Source: Abditibacterium sp.
GTDB lineage: Bacteria; Armatimonadota; Abditibacteriia; Abditibacteriales; Abditibacteriaceae
Direction: 5' to 3'
Assembly: GCA_965199495.1 (NCBI GenBank)
Contig: CBDASK010000003.1
Coordinates: forward strand, 2,400,001 to 2,464,000
DNA: 64,000 bases
The first letter of the stretch is position 1, and every line of letters begins with the position of its first letter. Of this stretch, positions 18,191 to 29,343 are shown piece by piece. Position numbers and translations under genes: made by a program. Under the pieces are notes generated by a model, which worked only from the letters and a program-made list of their open reading frames with translations, ran no database searches and had not been told where the DNA came from.

Positions 18191-18294
18191 TTCGGGTATT
18201 CGGGGGCACCATAATTCGGCGTCTCTACAAAACGGTAGGAAGTTCCATTGCGACAGGCTGGGTAGCGCTCCAACCGTGTAATTCCACAGGGGTA

Positions 18295-18376
18295 ACAGCG
18301 GGGCTGACGCACCCTTCCAATCTTATAATTACCCGCAGAAATTTCGCCGATTGGAAGGGTGCGTCAGCCCCGCTGT
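18295..18376. repeat. palindrome, GGGGCTGACGC family
   Basis: 28-bp perfect arms ACAGCGGGGCTGACGCACCCTTCCAATC; related copy at 44773. Confidence 0.88.
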
Positions 18377-18412
18377 CAAAAATGTAGCTTTCTGTTCAGG
18401 AAAGGTTTTCTT

Positions 18413-19870
18413 CTACTTTTTGCGGCGCACCAAACCGCTGCCCTGATGCTCTTTGGCTTCCATTTCGGTTTTCGCGCCTTCGTCGCCCTGCTGCTTCATC
18501 CACGCGTCCAAAGCCGCGCGCAGACGCGTCAAATTCGCTTTTTGCGCGGGATCGTCGGCCAGGTTCTTCATTTCGTAAGGATCATTTTTCAGATCGTAAA
18601 GCTCGACGGGCGGGCGATGTTGATAACGCTCGACCTGTTCGCGGGCAAAAGCGTCGGTTTGACCTTTTTTGACCCACGACTGGAAACGCGGCGAATTAAC
18701 TTCGGTGTTGGTGAAAGTCGCGTCCGGGTTGAGGTTGAGAATGTATTTCCAATTCTTATCGGCCACGGCGCGGATGCCGTAGGCTTCCGGCCCGCGAATA
18801 ATACCGCGCGAAGTTTCTTCGGCGTAAACATAATCGCGGCCTTTCGTGTCTTGGCCGGTCAGAATATCGGTGATGTCGCGCCCGTCGAGGCCGGGCACGG
18901 GTTTTCCGCCCGCCATCGAAACGAAAGTCGGCACCCAATCCACATATTGACACAATGCGCCGTTGGTCGTGCCCGGCTTGATTTTGGCGGGCCAACGCGC
19001 GATGGTCGCGCTACGAATGCCGACATCATAAAGCGTCCATTTGCCGTGCGGCGGCGAAGAACCCTGTTCGCTCAAAAACACAAACAGCGTATTATTCGCT
19101 TGTCCGGTGCGTTCGATGGCTTGCATTACGCGGCCCACCTGGTCGTCGAGATAAGTGACCTCGGCGTAATAATGCGTCAGCGCGCGTCGCATCACCGGCG
19201 TGTCCACATAATAGGGCGGAATCGTGAGTTTGTCGGCATCATAGGCGCTGGCGTCGCCTTTGTTCCACGGCGTGTGCGGCTCGTGCGCGGCCAAAACCAG
19301 ACAATACGGCTGCGTCTTGTCGCGATCCATGAAACGTTCAGCGCCGTCGTAATCGAGCGGCTTTTCCGCGTCTTCGTTGTCTTCGTCGGTCGCGGTGTCG
19401 CCTTGCGCGGGATATTCAAACGGATAATTTTCTGCTGGCCCAAAGTGCCGTTTGCCGACCAAACCGACGCGATAACCCAACGGTTTGAGATACATCGGCA
19501 GGCTTTTGACATCGTCTTTGACAATCGAATGATTGGGATAGGCGCCGCTTTTGACGGGAAACAATCCGGTATAAAGCGCCTGACGCGTCGGCGAGCAAAC
19601 CGGCGCGGGTGTGTAATCGCCGGTCAGACGCACGCCCTGCGACGCCAACTTGTCTAAATTCGGCGTTTTGACATCGGGATTGCCCCAGCAACCGAGGTCG
19701 AGATAAGTGAGGTCGTCGGCGATCATCACCACGATATTGGGTTTGGCGTTGGTTTGAGTCACGCCGGGTTTGATCGCGGGTTTGAGCGCCGTTTGCGCCG
19801 GAGCCTGACAGGCCGTGAGCGTCAGAGCCATCGGAGCGGCGAGCATCGGAAGAAAAGAGGTGGGTTTCAT
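18413..19870 (-). CDS. sulfatase (N-sulfoglucosamine sulfohydrolase-like) lipoprotein
   Basis: LTAC lipobox, CSPTR, GKRH, GKWTLYD.G; lacks the extra C-terminal domain. Confidence 0.9.
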   Translation of the reverse strand: MKPTSFLPMLAAPMALTLTACQAPAQTALKPAIKPGVTQTNAKPNIVVMIADDLTYLDLGCWGNPDVKTPNLDKLASQGVRLTGDYTPAPVCSPTRQALYTGLFPVKSGAYPNHSIVKDDVKSLPMYLKPLGYRVGLVGKRHFGPAENYPFEYPAQGDTATDEDNEDAEKPLDYDGAERFMDRDKTQPYCLVLAAHEPHTPWNKGDASAYDADKLTIPPYYVDTPVMRRALTHYYAEVTYLDDQVGRVMQAIERTGQANNTLFVFLSEQGSSPPHGKWTLYDVGIRSATIARWPAKIKPGTTNGALCQYVDWVPTFVSMAGGKPVPGLDGRDITDILTGQDTKGRDYVYAEETSRGIIRGPEAYGIRAVADKNWKYILNLNPDATFTNTEVNSPRFQSWVKKGQTDAFAREQVERYQHRPPVELYDLKNDPYEMKNLADDPAQKANLTRLRAALDAWMKQQGDEGAKTEMEAKEHQGSGLVRRKK

Positions 19871-19952
19871 GGGAGAAGATTTCAAAGTTTTTGTGTCTGG
19901 GTTGTTTAACTCGCCAGCGATTTATCGTGCGACGAAAGAACGCGGTTTCGCC

Positions 19953-22079
19953 TTACTTCAGTTCGACGATGACTTTTTGCAAATCGCCCTGAAACGCGTT
20001 GTCGCGGGTGTAGTTGCCCACTTGTCCGGCTTCGTCGCGCCCCACTTGCAGGCCATCGGTTGGCATCATCAACAGCGGTTTGGGCGCCTGTCCCTGCGCG
20101 ACGGTTTTTCCGGCGACGCGCAGCGTCAGGGCGCCGGTTTTGGAAAGCGTCGCGCCGACTTGAATCGGCCCCGCCGGGAGCGCGTCGGGCGCCGTCAAGG
20201 TCGTCAGCTTGCCGTCGCTTCGCAGCGCGACTGCCAATTTGCCTGCGCTCACGTAAAGCGCGAGTCCGTCTTGCGAGCCGCCCTGCGCGACCAAAACGCC
20301 GTCACCGCTTCGCGCGCCCAGTTGCGCGCTGATTTCAACGTCGCGCTCCGCGATGCGCGGCGCTCGCTCGCGCGGCAAAGTGGCGCCGGGCCGCAAATCG
20401 AACGAGGCGGCGTGGCTGCCCGCGTCGTTGGCCGATTCCCGCGTGACATCGCCCCAATCGGCGCGGCGCGGCCCCGTCCATTGGTCAACATGGGACGACT
20501 TGGCCCACGCGTCCCACTGCGCGCCCATTTTGGCGACCAACTTCGGTTGCTGTTTCACCAAATCGTGCTGCTCGGTGCGGTCGGCCTCCACGTCATAAAG
20601 TTCCCACGGATCGAGATATTTGGAAACCAGCTTCCACTTTCCATTGCGCACGCCGCGATTGCCTTCGTGTTCCCAGAAAATCGGTTTGGAGCGCGCCTGT
20701 TTTTTGCCCGCGAAATCGGGAATTAGACTTACGCCGTCCATCGGATAAATTTGGTGGCCGTTATAAGTCGTCGGATATTTGGCGCCGGTCACGGCCAAAA
20801 CCGTCGGCATAATGTCCACAAAATGGCCCGGCTGTTTTTCCAATTGCCCGTTGCGCGACTTCGGAATGCCATCGGGCCAGTGCGCGATAAGCGGCGTCGA
20901 AATGCCGCCTTCGTGGATGAAATGTTTGTAGCGCCGAAACGGCGTATTGCTGAGCGTCGCCCAGTCCATGCCCTCGAAAACATTCGATTGCGGCCCGCCC
21001 AATGGGTCGCCCTGCGCGATGCCGCGCGGCCCACTTTCGGCGTTGCCGCCGTTGTCGGACATGAACAGAATCAGCGTGTTATCGTAAACGCCGCGTTTTT
21101 TCAGGCCGTCCACCAACATTCCGACGCTCTTGTCCATGTCGCTCACCATCGCCGCGTAAACCGACATAATGCCGTCGAACCGTTCTTTTTCGGCGTCATC
21201 GAGCGTGTCCCACGCGGGCGTCGCGGGCGGGCGCGCCGAAAGCGGCCACTTCGGATCAATCAGACCCATCTGAATTTGGCGCTGATAACGCGCCGCGCGC
21301 AATTTGTCCCAGCCGACCAGATATTTGCCCTTAAATTTGGCGATGTCCGCTTGCGGCGCCATCAACGGAAAGTGCGGCGCGCAGAAAGGCAGATACAAAA
21401 AGAACGGTTTTTTCGCTTGCTGAGCCTCGTCAATGAACCGCAAACCGAAATCTTTGAAAAGGGTAGTCGAATACCAATTTTCGCCTAATTTTGGCGAATC
21501 GAGCGGCAACTCTTCGCCGTTGAGCGCCAGAGGATTATTCGGCTCTGGTTTTTGGTCGGGGAAATAAATGGCGCCGTGCATGGAACTCAAGCTGCGGTCG
21601 AAGCCGCGTTTCCACGGCGGCGTGCCGTGCGTCTGGCCCATGTGCCATTTGCCACTCATCGCGGTGAAATAACCGGCGGGTTGCAGCGCCTCGCCAATGG
21701 TCACGGCGCGGTCGCTCAAGCGCCCGGTTGTGCCCTCGGAATCTTTGATAACCAGTGGCTCCAAATATCCCAGACCCGCGCGATGCGGATAAAGCCCGGT
21801 GATGAGCGAAGCGCGCGAAGGGCTGCACCGCGCGGTATTGTAAAACTGCGTAAAGCGCAGTCCGGTCGCCGCCAGATTGTCGAGATTGGGCGTGGGAATT
21901 TCGCTGCCATAACAACCGATGTCCGACCAACCCATATCGTCCACCAAAATCACCACAACATTGGGCCGCGCGGCGGGTGCAGCCACGGCGGGTTGCGCGG
22001 CGATGGCAACCGCGCCCAAAGCGGTGACGCCCGTCGCGAGAGTGGCCGCGCGCTGAGTGAGGTTCAAACGTTTTTTCAT
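19953..22079 (-). CDS. arylsulfatase (AtsA-like) with C-terminal LamG-like domain
   Basis: DDMGWSD, RCSPSR, FWEHEGNR; the ORF extension to 22211 lies in a repeat. Confidence 0.93.
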   Translation of the reverse strand: MKKRLNLTQRAATLATGVTALGAVAIAAQPAVAAPAARPNVVVILVDDMGWSDIGCYGSEIPTPNLDNLAATGLRFTQFYNTARCSPSRASLITGLYPHRAGLGYLEPLVIKDSEGTTGRLSDRAVTIGEALQPAGYFTAMSGKWHMGQTHGTPPWKRGFDRSLSSMHGAIYFPDQKPEPNNPLALNGEELPLDSPKLGENWYSTTLFKDFGLRFIDEAQQAKKPFFLYLPFCAPHFPLMAPQADIAKFKGKYLVGWDKLRAARYQRQIQMGLIDPKWPLSARPPATPAWDTLDDAEKERFDGIMSVYAAMVSDMDKSVGMLVDGLKKRGVYDNTLILFMSDNGGNAESGPRGIAQGDPLGGPQSNVFEGMDWATLSNTPFRRYKHFIHEGGISTPLIAHWPDGIPKSRNGQLEKQPGHFVDIMPTVLAVTGAKYPTTYNGHQIYPMDGVSLIPDFAGKKQARSKPIFWEHEGNRGVRNGKWKLVSKYLDPWELYDVEADRTEQHDLVKQQPKLVAKMGAQWDAWAKSSHVDQWTGPRRADWGDVTRESANDAGSHAASFDLRPGATLPRERAPRIAERDVEISAQLGARSGDGVLVAQGGSQDGLALYVSAGKLAVALRSDGKLTTLTAPDALPAGPIQVGATLSKTGALTLRVAGKTVAQGQAPKPLLMMPTDGLQVGRDEAGQVGNYTRDNAFQGDLQKVIVELK

Positions 22080-22143
22080 GGGAATTTTTATCGTAAGTTG
22101 AAGGAAAGCAACCCACCTTGAATTGGATATTACATCTCGACAG

Positions 22144-22323
22144 CGGGGCTGACGCACACCGAATTGAGCGTGAATCGTAGGGTCACCGGCTTGCCGTGAC
22201 CGCAAAGTCACGGCTTCAGGTCAAGCCCAAGTTCTTGCCAAACAACAAAGTCAATTGACCTTTGCGGTCACGGCAAGCCGGTGACCCTACGATTCACGCT
22301 CAATTCGGTGTGCGTCAGCCCCG
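22144..22323. mobile_element. REPIN-like composite palindrome (GTAGGGTCA REP doublet)
   Basis: 64-bp perfect arms; asymmetric spacer conserved in the inverted copy at 48142-48315. Confidence 0.85.
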
Positions 22324-24126
22324 TTACTGCGCCACAATTTTTACGTTTTCGATTACACCTGCGAGCGGATGCGGCGCCGTATAATCGCCGACCGCGAATT
22401 GCGTGTCTTGCCCGATGCTGAGTCCTTCGGCGGGCTGTTTCTTAATCGGCCCCGCCGCCTGCGCGCGCGCCACGATTGTTCCGTTAATTGCCAACGTCAT
22501 CGCGCCGTCTTTGCCCAAATGCGCTTCAATCGAGAACTTCCTCGTCGCCGCCTCGGTCGCCGTGGCTGTTACGAGCGTCCGGCTTTCGCGGACGCCGAAA
22601 ACCGGTTTGCCCCCCGCCAAATACAACGCGTAACCGATTTGATTGCCGCCCTGCGCCACAATCACGCCGTCTTTGGCGTCAGTCGTCACGTCAGCCGTGA
22701 TGGTCAGGTCTTTGCCCGCGATTTCCGGCGAGGCCACCGGATCGGGATCGGTCAGCAAATGCGATTTGCCGTAGACGATGCCCTTGTCGCCTTCGGCAGT
22801 CATCCACGATTCTAATTCTTGGTGCAAATCGCTTTTAACTTTTGCATATTGCGGGTCTGCGGCCAAATTGTGCAGTTCGTTGGGGTCGGCTTGAATATCG
22901 TAAAGCTCTTCGGCGGGCCGCTCGTGGTAGCGATGCACGAGCGCGGCGGCGAGCGGATCGGTCTTGGCGGCTTCGAGCCACGTCGGCCAATACGGATCGG
23001 TTTGGGTGTCGGCCTTGAGGTCTATATGCGTGCGAAACGCGAATTCGGGGTGCAGGTTGAGAATGTATTTCCAGCGATTGGTACGCACGCTGCGCATCGG
23101 GTAAACGTTGATGTCGCCGTCGCCGCTGTGCGTGGCGAAAATCATATCGCGTCCCTTGCTTTTAGGGTCGAGCAAAATCGGTAGCATCGAGCGCCCGTCC
23201 AATCCGGGCGGCGGATTGCCACCGGCGATTTGAACTAAAGTCGGCAAAATATCCACCCAATCCACCATTGAATCGGTGCGCTGGCCGGGTTTGATAACAC
23301 CCGGCCACGTCGCGATCATCGGCACGCGAATGCCTTCGTCGTAGAGATTCCACTTGCTAAACGGCCACTGCGCACCCTGGTCGCTCGAATGCAAAAAGAA
23401 CATATTGGAGCCAAATTTCGCGCGCGACGCATCGTAAACTTCGCCCAATTCGGTGTCGAATCGTTTAATCGCGGCGTAATAACGCGTGCGCCACTGGCGC
23501 GTGGCTGGCGTATCGAGCAACGTTGGCGGTAACTTAACTTTGGCGGCATCGAAGCCTTCGCCGGTTTCGGGCCACGGGACGTGCGGCCAGTTGGTGCCCA
23601 CAAAAAACGCCAACGGCTTGGTGCTTTTGCGGTTTTTCAGCCATTCGATAGCGGCGGGAATCGCTTCGTCGTCGTGATAGCCGGTGTGTTCCGCGACATC
23701 GAAACCGTATTTTTTGGTGAAGTTGTAATGGCCGACCTTGCCAAACGCCACGACTTCGTAGCCCTGCTCGTGCAGGTAGGCGGGCATCAGCTTGATGTCG
23801 GAATGGGGCGAAGTTTGGTTTGGTTCGGCGCCGTTGCGCGCGGGCATCAGGCCGCTCAGCATGGCGCCGCGACTGGGCGCGCACGTCGGCGAAGCCGCAA
23901 ACGCGCGATTGAACGTCAAACCCGCCGCGCTGATGCGCTGCATATTGGGCGTCTGCACATCGGTCGCGCCATAAACCGTCGAATCGCGCAGGCTGTGATC
24001 GTCGGAAATGAAAAAGACGATGTTGGGTTTGACCGGAAGTTTGGGTGCCGGAGCGGATTGCGCGCAGGAAGCGGCTGTCGCTGTCGCACTGAGAGCAAAT
24101 AGGCCGCGAAAAAGTGTTTTGTTCAT
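22324..24126 (-). CDS. sulfatase (sulfamidase-like) with C-terminal LamG-like domain
   Basis: CAPSR, KWNLYDEG, ELYD...DP.E; tail domain. Confidence 0.92.
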   Translation of the reverse strand: MNKTLFRGLFALSATATAASCAQSAPAPKLPVKPNIVFFISDDHSLRDSTVYGATDVQTPNMQRISAAGLTFNRAFAASPTCAPSRGAMLSGLMPARNGAEPNQTSPHSDIKLMPAYLHEQGYEVVAFGKVGHYNFTKKYGFDVAEHTGYHDDEAIPAAIEWLKNRKSTKPLAFFVGTNWPHVPWPETGEGFDAAKVKLPPTLLDTPATRQWRTRYYAAIKRFDTELGEVYDASRAKFGSNMFFLHSSDQGAQWPFSKWNLYDEGIRVPMIATWPGVIKPGQRTDSMVDWVDILPTLVQIAGGNPPPGLDGRSMLPILLDPKSKGRDMIFATHSGDGDINVYPMRSVRTNRWKYILNLHPEFAFRTHIDLKADTQTDPYWPTWLEAAKTDPLAAALVHRYHERPAEELYDIQADPNELHNLAADPQYAKVKSDLHQELESWMTAEGDKGIVYGKSHLLTDPDPVASPEIAGKDLTITADVTTDAKDGVIVAQGGNQIGYALYLAGGKPVFGVRESRTLVTATATEAATRKFSIEAHLGKDGAMTLAINGTIVARAQAAGPIKKQPAEGLSIGQDTQFAVGDYTAPHPLAGVIENVKIVAQ

Positions 24127-24192
24127 GGAGATTTAAGCGATTGTCTCGGTTGTTTTGATTTTGGGGCTTTCAAAGCGGAGGGGAATTGGCCA

Positions 24193-24348
24193 TTTTCCCT
24201 CACCCTAACCCTCTCCCGGAGGGAGAAGGAACACAACGACGAAAGTTAAAGTTGCGACGAACTGACTTAATAAGCAAGTTCATCGAAACTCCAACTTGCT
24301 CGAACGTAGTTCCTTCTCCCTCCGGGAGAGGGTTAGGGTGAGGGAAAA
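24193..24348. repeat. palindrome, CCCTCACCC/CCCTCTCCC family
   Basis: 40-bp perfect arms; relatives at 50945 and 57006. Confidence 0.9.
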
Positions 24349-24364
24349 ACCTTCAATTTCCCCT

Positions 24365-26368
24365 TCACTCCGCCACAATTTTCACGTTCTCGACTGTTCC
24401 CGCCAACCGATTGGGCGCCCGATAATCGCCGACGGCGCCGCGCGTGTCCTGGCCGATACTGAGTTCGTCTTTGGGCTGAACTTTGATGAGACTCGGCGCC
24501 TTCGCGCGCGCCACAATTTTTCCGCCCACGCTCAAAATCATCGCGCCGTCTTTTTGCAATTGCGCCTCAACTGAAAACTTGCCGCCCAGCGCGTCGGGCG
24601 CCGTGGTTGTTGTCAGCACGCCGTTTTCGCGCACGCTGAAAATCAATTTGCCCTCCGCCAAATGCAACGCGTAACCGGCCTGTGCGCCGCCCTGCGCCAG
24701 AATCACGCCGCTTTGCGCAGTCGTCGTTACGTCGCAACGAATGTCCAGCGTTTTACCGGCGATTTGCGGCGTCGCCACCGATGCAGCCACGTCGCCCGCG
24801 TCGGGCGCTTCTTCATCTTCGGCGGCGTTGGCCGGGCCGTTTGGCATCGGGAAAACATGAACGCGCGCGGCCCATTTGTCCCAACTCGCCGCCATCTGCG
24901 TTGCGCGCGCGGGTTGCGCGCCGATCAAGTCGTGCATTTCGGAACGATCTTTCGACAAATCATACAATTCCCATTTCGGCGGCTGATTGCGGTTGCCCGC
25001 CGAAACCAACTTCCAATTGCCCTCGATAACCGCGCGATTGCCTTCGTGTTCCCAGAACAAAGGCGCGCGATTTAACGGTTTGTTCTCGAACGCGGGCACC
25101 AAACTTGTGCCTTCCATCGGCGGAATTTTATGTCCGTGGTAAGTTGTCGGATAAGTCGCGCCCGCGACATCGGCGAAGGTCGCCATGAAATCCATCACGT
25201 TGCCGATTTGCCCGTTCCACCCTCCGCCGCCTTGGATGCGCGCGGGCCAATGCGCGATCATCGGCGTGGCGATGCCGCCTTCGTGCGTCCAATGTTTATA
25301 CAACCGAAACGGCGTATTCGACAAATTCGCCCACGGCACGCCATAACTCGCGCCTTCGTGACAGGCGCCGTTATCCGACAGAAAAATCAGTAATGTATTG
25401 TTGTATTGACCGCTTTTTTTCAACGCGCTCACGATTTTGCCGACGCCCTGATCCATCGAATCCACCATCGCGGCGTAGGTCTCCATTTTTCGCAGCAGTT
25501 CGGCTTTGCCCGGCGTCGTCGCCCAATCGCGTTCGTGCGGCGACAAATCCCACGAAGGTTCGAGCAAACCCATTTTTATCATGCGCTCGTAACGCTGTTG
25601 TCTCAAAACGTCCCAACCCGCGTCGAATTTTCCTTTGTATTTGGCGAGGTCGGCGGGTTTGGCCTGGAGCGGCCAATGCGGCGCGTTATAAGAAACGTAG
25701 AAGAAAAACGGCTTGTTTTTCGGCTGCGCCTCGATAGTTTTCGCCGTGTAATCGCTAAAAGCGTCGGTCGTATAATAATCGTCGCCCGGCTTGGGCAAAC
25801 GCTGGTTGCCCTTGGTCAAAGTCGCCGGATGAAAATAGTTATCCGCGCCCGCGATAATGCCATAATAATCGTCGAAACCGCGTTGCAAAGGCCAGTTCGC
25901 TTTGCCTGCCTCAGTTTTGGGATTATTATGCTCGAACGTCGTTAAGTGCCATTTGCCGGTCGCATAAGTCGAGTAACCGGCGCCTTTGAGCATTTCGGCG
26001 AGCGTGACGCATTGATTGTTCAATTCGCCCTGATACGCGGGCAAACCCAAATCGTAATTCATGCCGCCGATGCCCGCCTGATGCGGATACAAACCGGTCA
26101 TCAGCGCGGCGCGCGTCGGGCAACAGCGCGCCTCGTTGGTGAAGCGCGTGAATCGCACGCCTTCGCGCGCGATTTGGTCAATGTTGGGCGTCCCAATTTC
26201 GCCGCCATAACAGCCGATGTCGGAAAATCCCATATCGTCGGCCATAATCAACACGATATTGGGACGCGGCGCGCGCGGCGCGACCGGCGCGTTTTGGGCC
26301 GTCGCGCAACTGGAAGTGAGCGCCAAACCTGAGAATGCGAGACTTTTGCAAAGCAATTGTTTTATCAT
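24365..26368 (-). CDS. arylsulfatase with C-terminal LamG-like domain
   Basis: DDMGFSD, RCCPTR, FWEHEGNR. Confidence 0.93.
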   Translation of the reverse strand: MIKQLLCKSLAFSGLALTSSCATAQNAPVAPRAPRPNIVLIMADDMGFSDIGCYGGEIGTPNIDQIAREGVRFTRFTNEARCCPTRAALMTGLYPHQAGIGGMNYDLGLPAYQGELNNQCVTLAEMLKGAGYSTYATGKWHLTTFEHNNPKTEAGKANWPLQRGFDDYYGIIAGADNYFHPATLTKGNQRLPKPGDDYYTTDAFSDYTAKTIEAQPKNKPFFFYVSYNAPHWPLQAKPADLAKYKGKFDAGWDVLRQQRYERMIKMGLLEPSWDLSPHERDWATTPGKAELLRKMETYAAMVDSMDQGVGKIVSALKKSGQYNNTLLIFLSDNGACHEGASYGVPWANLSNTPFRLYKHWTHEGGIATPMIAHWPARIQGGGGWNGQIGNVMDFMATFADVAGATYPTTYHGHKIPPMEGTSLVPAFENKPLNRAPLFWEHEGNRAVIEGNWKLVSAGNRNQPPKWELYDLSKDRSEMHDLIGAQPARATQMAASWDKWAARVHVFPMPNGPANAAEDEEAPDAGDVAASVATPQIAGKTLDIRCDVTTTAQSGVILAQGGAQAGYALHLAEGKLIFSVRENGVLTTTTAPDALGGKFSVEAQLQKDGAMILSVGGKIVARAKAPSLIKVQPKDELSIGQDTRGAVGDYRAPNRLAGTVENVKIVAE

Positions 26369-26393
26369 CTGTGAGCGGTTGTGTTGACTTTAA

Positions 26394-26443
26394 AAACAAA
26401 GGGGAGAAATGCGTTTCGCAAAACGCATTTCTCCCCTTTGTTT
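26394..26443. terminator. long hairpin/terminator
   Basis: AAACAAAGGGGAGAAATGCGTTT-cgca-AAACGCATTTCTCCCCTTTGTTT. Confidence 0.75.
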
Positions 26444-26448
26444 CAAAC

Positions 26449-28398
26449 TTAATCCAAAGGCGAGTCCAAGTCAATTGCCACAGATTCAATTTTTCCTTTG
26501 AAGGGAAACGGTGCGTCGTATGGCCCAACGGCGCCATCGGAATCGCGGCCAACGCTCAATCCATCGAGCGGTTGCGAATCTATCAATTTGGGCGCTTGCC
26601 CCTGCGCCACGACCTTGCCATCCACGCTGAGCGTGAGCGTCTGGTCGGCGCTCAGACGCGCGACCACGCTGTGCGCGCCTTTCACCGCTTGCGGCGAAAC
26701 CACTTGCGACGCTTTGCTGTCAACGCGCACCAAAAAGTGCAATTTGCTTTCTTTGTCGAGGAACAGCGTGTAACCTACAGCCGCGCCGCCCTGCGCCACA
26801 ATCACGCCGCCGTTCGCCGCATCTGTAGCATCGAATTTGGCCGTAACGCGAATGCCGTGTTTGGCCAAATTAGGCGCCTGAAGGCGACCCAGAGTTTGGC
26901 CCGCTTTCAAATCGAAGTGAACCGTGTCACTAAATTTCGGCTGCGAAGGCGCGGGCACGGGCGGCAAAGTTTTGTTCCAGTCCATCACCGCTTTGGTGAG
27001 GCGCGCCACCAACTGCGGTTGCGCCGCCGCCAAGTTATTGGTTTCGCCGACGTCTTTGCTCAAATCATAAAGCTGAGGCTGCGAGCCGTCGTCCTGCACC
27101 AACAATTTCATATTGCCTTCGCGCACGGCGAAACCGGGCAACGGCTCTGCGGGCGAACCGGGACGATCCGGCGGGCGCTTCCAAAACAGCGGTTGCGTGC
27201 GGCCATTTTGCGTCTTGCCCAGCAAAGTCGCGCTCAAATTCGAGCCGTCGCTTTTGGGCACATTTTTCACGCCTGCGATGTTCAAAATCGAGGGCAGAAA
27301 ATCCGCGCCCGAAACAATGGCGCTGTCGTTGACCGTGCCCGCTTTGGCGGCGGGAATTAGTCCCGGCCCCCACACGATGAGCGGTTCGCGAATGCCGCCT
27401 TCGTAAAGTTGGCCTTTGCTGCCGCGAAACGGTTTGGCCAGCCCCGCGCCCTCTTCTGGCCCGTTATCACTGGCAAAAATTATTAACGTGTTATCGCGCA
27501 ATTTTGGGTCGTTGCGAACTTTGTCAAAGAGCGGCCCCAGTTCTTTGTCCATGTTGGTCACCACGCCGCGATACAACTCGCGTTTGCCGCCGTCGCCGCG
27601 CAGGGTTTGCGGCGGGTCGTAGGGCGAATGCACGTCGTCAGGCCACAGGTTGATGTAAAACGGTTTATCGTTTTTTTCGGCCTGATCGATGAAACCGAGC
27701 GCGCCGTTGACGAACGCGCTCGTCACATCGGCGCGCGGCACCCACGTCACTTTGCCGCGCCCCAGTTGCGCGCTGGCCACGCCCAATCCCAATTTTTCTT
27801 CGGGCTTGCCGTTTTGCGCGCTCATCACGGGCAAAACGCGGTCGCCCAAACCCTCAAACTGAGTCAGCGATTGGGCAAATCCATATTGCGTCGGCAACGG
27901 CGCTTCACCGACATCGCGCCCGCCGCCCATGTGCCATTTGCCGAAATGGCCGCTCGCATAACCGGCGTTCGTCAAAGAACGCGCGACGGTTGGCGCGCTC
28001 AGATCGAGCCACTGCGCCATGCCGCGCCGGTTGTTGAGTTCGCGATTATCAATGTAAGACGTGATGTTCCAGCGCGCCGGATATTGTCCCGTCGTAAACG
28101 CGGTGCGCGAGGGCGAACAAATCGGCGAATTCACGTAAAACTGCGTGAAACGAATGCCTTCGGCAGCCAGACGATCCACGTTGGGCGTTTTCACGCCTTG
28201 GCCGCCGTAAAGCGGCAAATCGGCGTAGCCCATATCGTCGGCCAGCACGAAAATGATGTTGGGTTTTGAAGGAGTTTTCGCCATCGGTGCAGGTTGAGGT
28301 TGCGGCGCAGCGGCTGGCTGTGGAGCCGAACGCGCGTTACAACCCGACACCGCCGTGGCTACTACGGCAAGTAGGCCACTAAAAAATACTTTATTCAT
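26449..28398 (-). CDS. sulfatase lipoprotein with C-terminal LamG-like domain
   Basis: VSGC lipobox, CSPSR, GKWHMG, SDNG, KGQLYEGG. Confidence 0.93.
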   Translation of the reverse strand: MNKVFFSGLLAVVATAVSGCNARSAPQPAAAPQPQPAPMAKTPSKPNIIFVLADDMGYADLPLYGGQGVKTPNVDRLAAEGIRFTQFYVNSPICSPSRTAFTTGQYPARWNITSYIDNRELNNRRGMAQWLDLSAPTVARSLTNAGYASGHFGKWHMGGGRDVGEAPLPTQYGFAQSLTQFEGLGDRVLPVMSAQNGKPEEKLGLGVASAQLGRGKVTWVPRADVTSAFVNGALGFIDQAEKNDKPFYINLWPDDVHSPYDPPQTLRGDGGKRELYRGVVTNMDKELGPLFDKVRNDPKLRDNTLIIFASDNGPEEGAGLAKPFRGSKGQLYEGGIREPLIVWGPGLIPAAKAGTVNDSAIVSGADFLPSILNIAGVKNVPKSDGSNLSATLLGKTQNGRTQPLFWKRPPDRPGSPAEPLPGFAVREGNMKLLVQDDGSQPQLYDLSKDVGETNNLAAAQPQLVARLTKAVMDWNKTLPPVPAPSQPKFSDTVHFDLKAGQTLGRLQAPNLAKHGIRVTAKFDATDAANGGVIVAQGGAAVGYTLFLDKESKLHFLVRVDSKASQVVSPQAVKGAHSVVARLSADQTLTLSVDGKVVAQGQAPKLIDSQPLDGLSVGRDSDGAVGPYDAPFPFKGKIESVAIDLDSPLD

Positions 28399-28444
28399 TA
28401 CAGATATTCCTGAAGATCACTGGCACATCATTAACGAAACTAAA

Positions 28445-29203
28445 TTAGTTGTTAATGATATTAAACGTTGGATTGTTACCGGAAGTCGCGAACGGCGTGG
28501 CGCCATTGTAAATCACCGAACTGGTGTCCTGAGTAGAGGCTTTATACCACTTGACATGCCCATCGGTGAACGACAAGTTCAAACCTTCCAAGTGCTTCTG
28601 CCCACCTGCCGTCAGGTTGGTCACCAAACCAGGGCCACCGCAAGACGCAGCAACGGCAGGGGTGGGGGTTTGACCTCCCGCATTGCAGCCGTTAGCATTG
28701 AAACGCGATGTTGTATGCGGGCTAGTATTCCCACCATCACCGTTCATAATGGTCAGCGAGGGATTAATAATGGCTGCCTGCGACATACCAACAGTGTCCG
28801 CAGCTGTGGTTCCGGAGTTGACTGCCTTATTCATCCAGTAAGTTGTGTAGCCAGCGGCAGTCGGATTATCACCAGTGGGGCCGGTGAAACTGGGGCATTT
28901 AAATAACTGAGTGCTCTTCACATATGGCTGAATGGCGTCGGCCCAACCATAAGGCACTGAACCGGCAACGAACGCGATTTTCGGAAATCGCTCGTCGTAA
29001 TCCTGAACGTATTGCAAAATGCCCAAGCCGATTTGCTTGAGATTGCTCTGGCACGAAGAACGTCGCGCGTTTTCGCGCGCACGCGCGAAAACTGGGAACA
29101 AAATCGCCGCGAGAATGGCGATGATGGCGATAACAACGAGCAATTCGATCAAAGTAAAAGCTTGAAATCGGTTTTGCTGACGTGAAAGTGAAGTGTTTTT
29201 CAT
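28445..29203 (-). CDS. prepilin-type DUF1559 / H-X9-DG protein
   Basis: [48 protein letters not shown]. Confidence 0.93.
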   Translation of the reverse strand: MKNTSLSRQQNRFQAFTLIELLVVIAIIAILAAILFPVFARARENARRSSCQSNLKQIGLGILQYVQDYDERFPKIAFVAGSVPYGWADAIQPYVKSTQLFKCPSFTGPTGDNPTAAGYTTYWMNKAVNSGTTAADTVGMSQAAIINPSLTIMNGDGGNTSPHTTSRFNANGCNAGGQTPTPAVAASCGGPGLVTNLTAGGQKHLEGLNLSFTDGHVKWYKASTQDTSSVIYNGATPFATSGNNPTFNIINN

Positions 29204-29343
29204 GTTTTTAACCTTCAAAAATATTTTGTTCTCTTCCCGCTTTTGCTCTTGCTACGGATTTGACGGCGAGATTGCCAATACACCAAAACAACCCAATTTG
29301 CGAAACGTCATGGTTGACAAGATTGTGGGCGAGAAAGAGCTAA

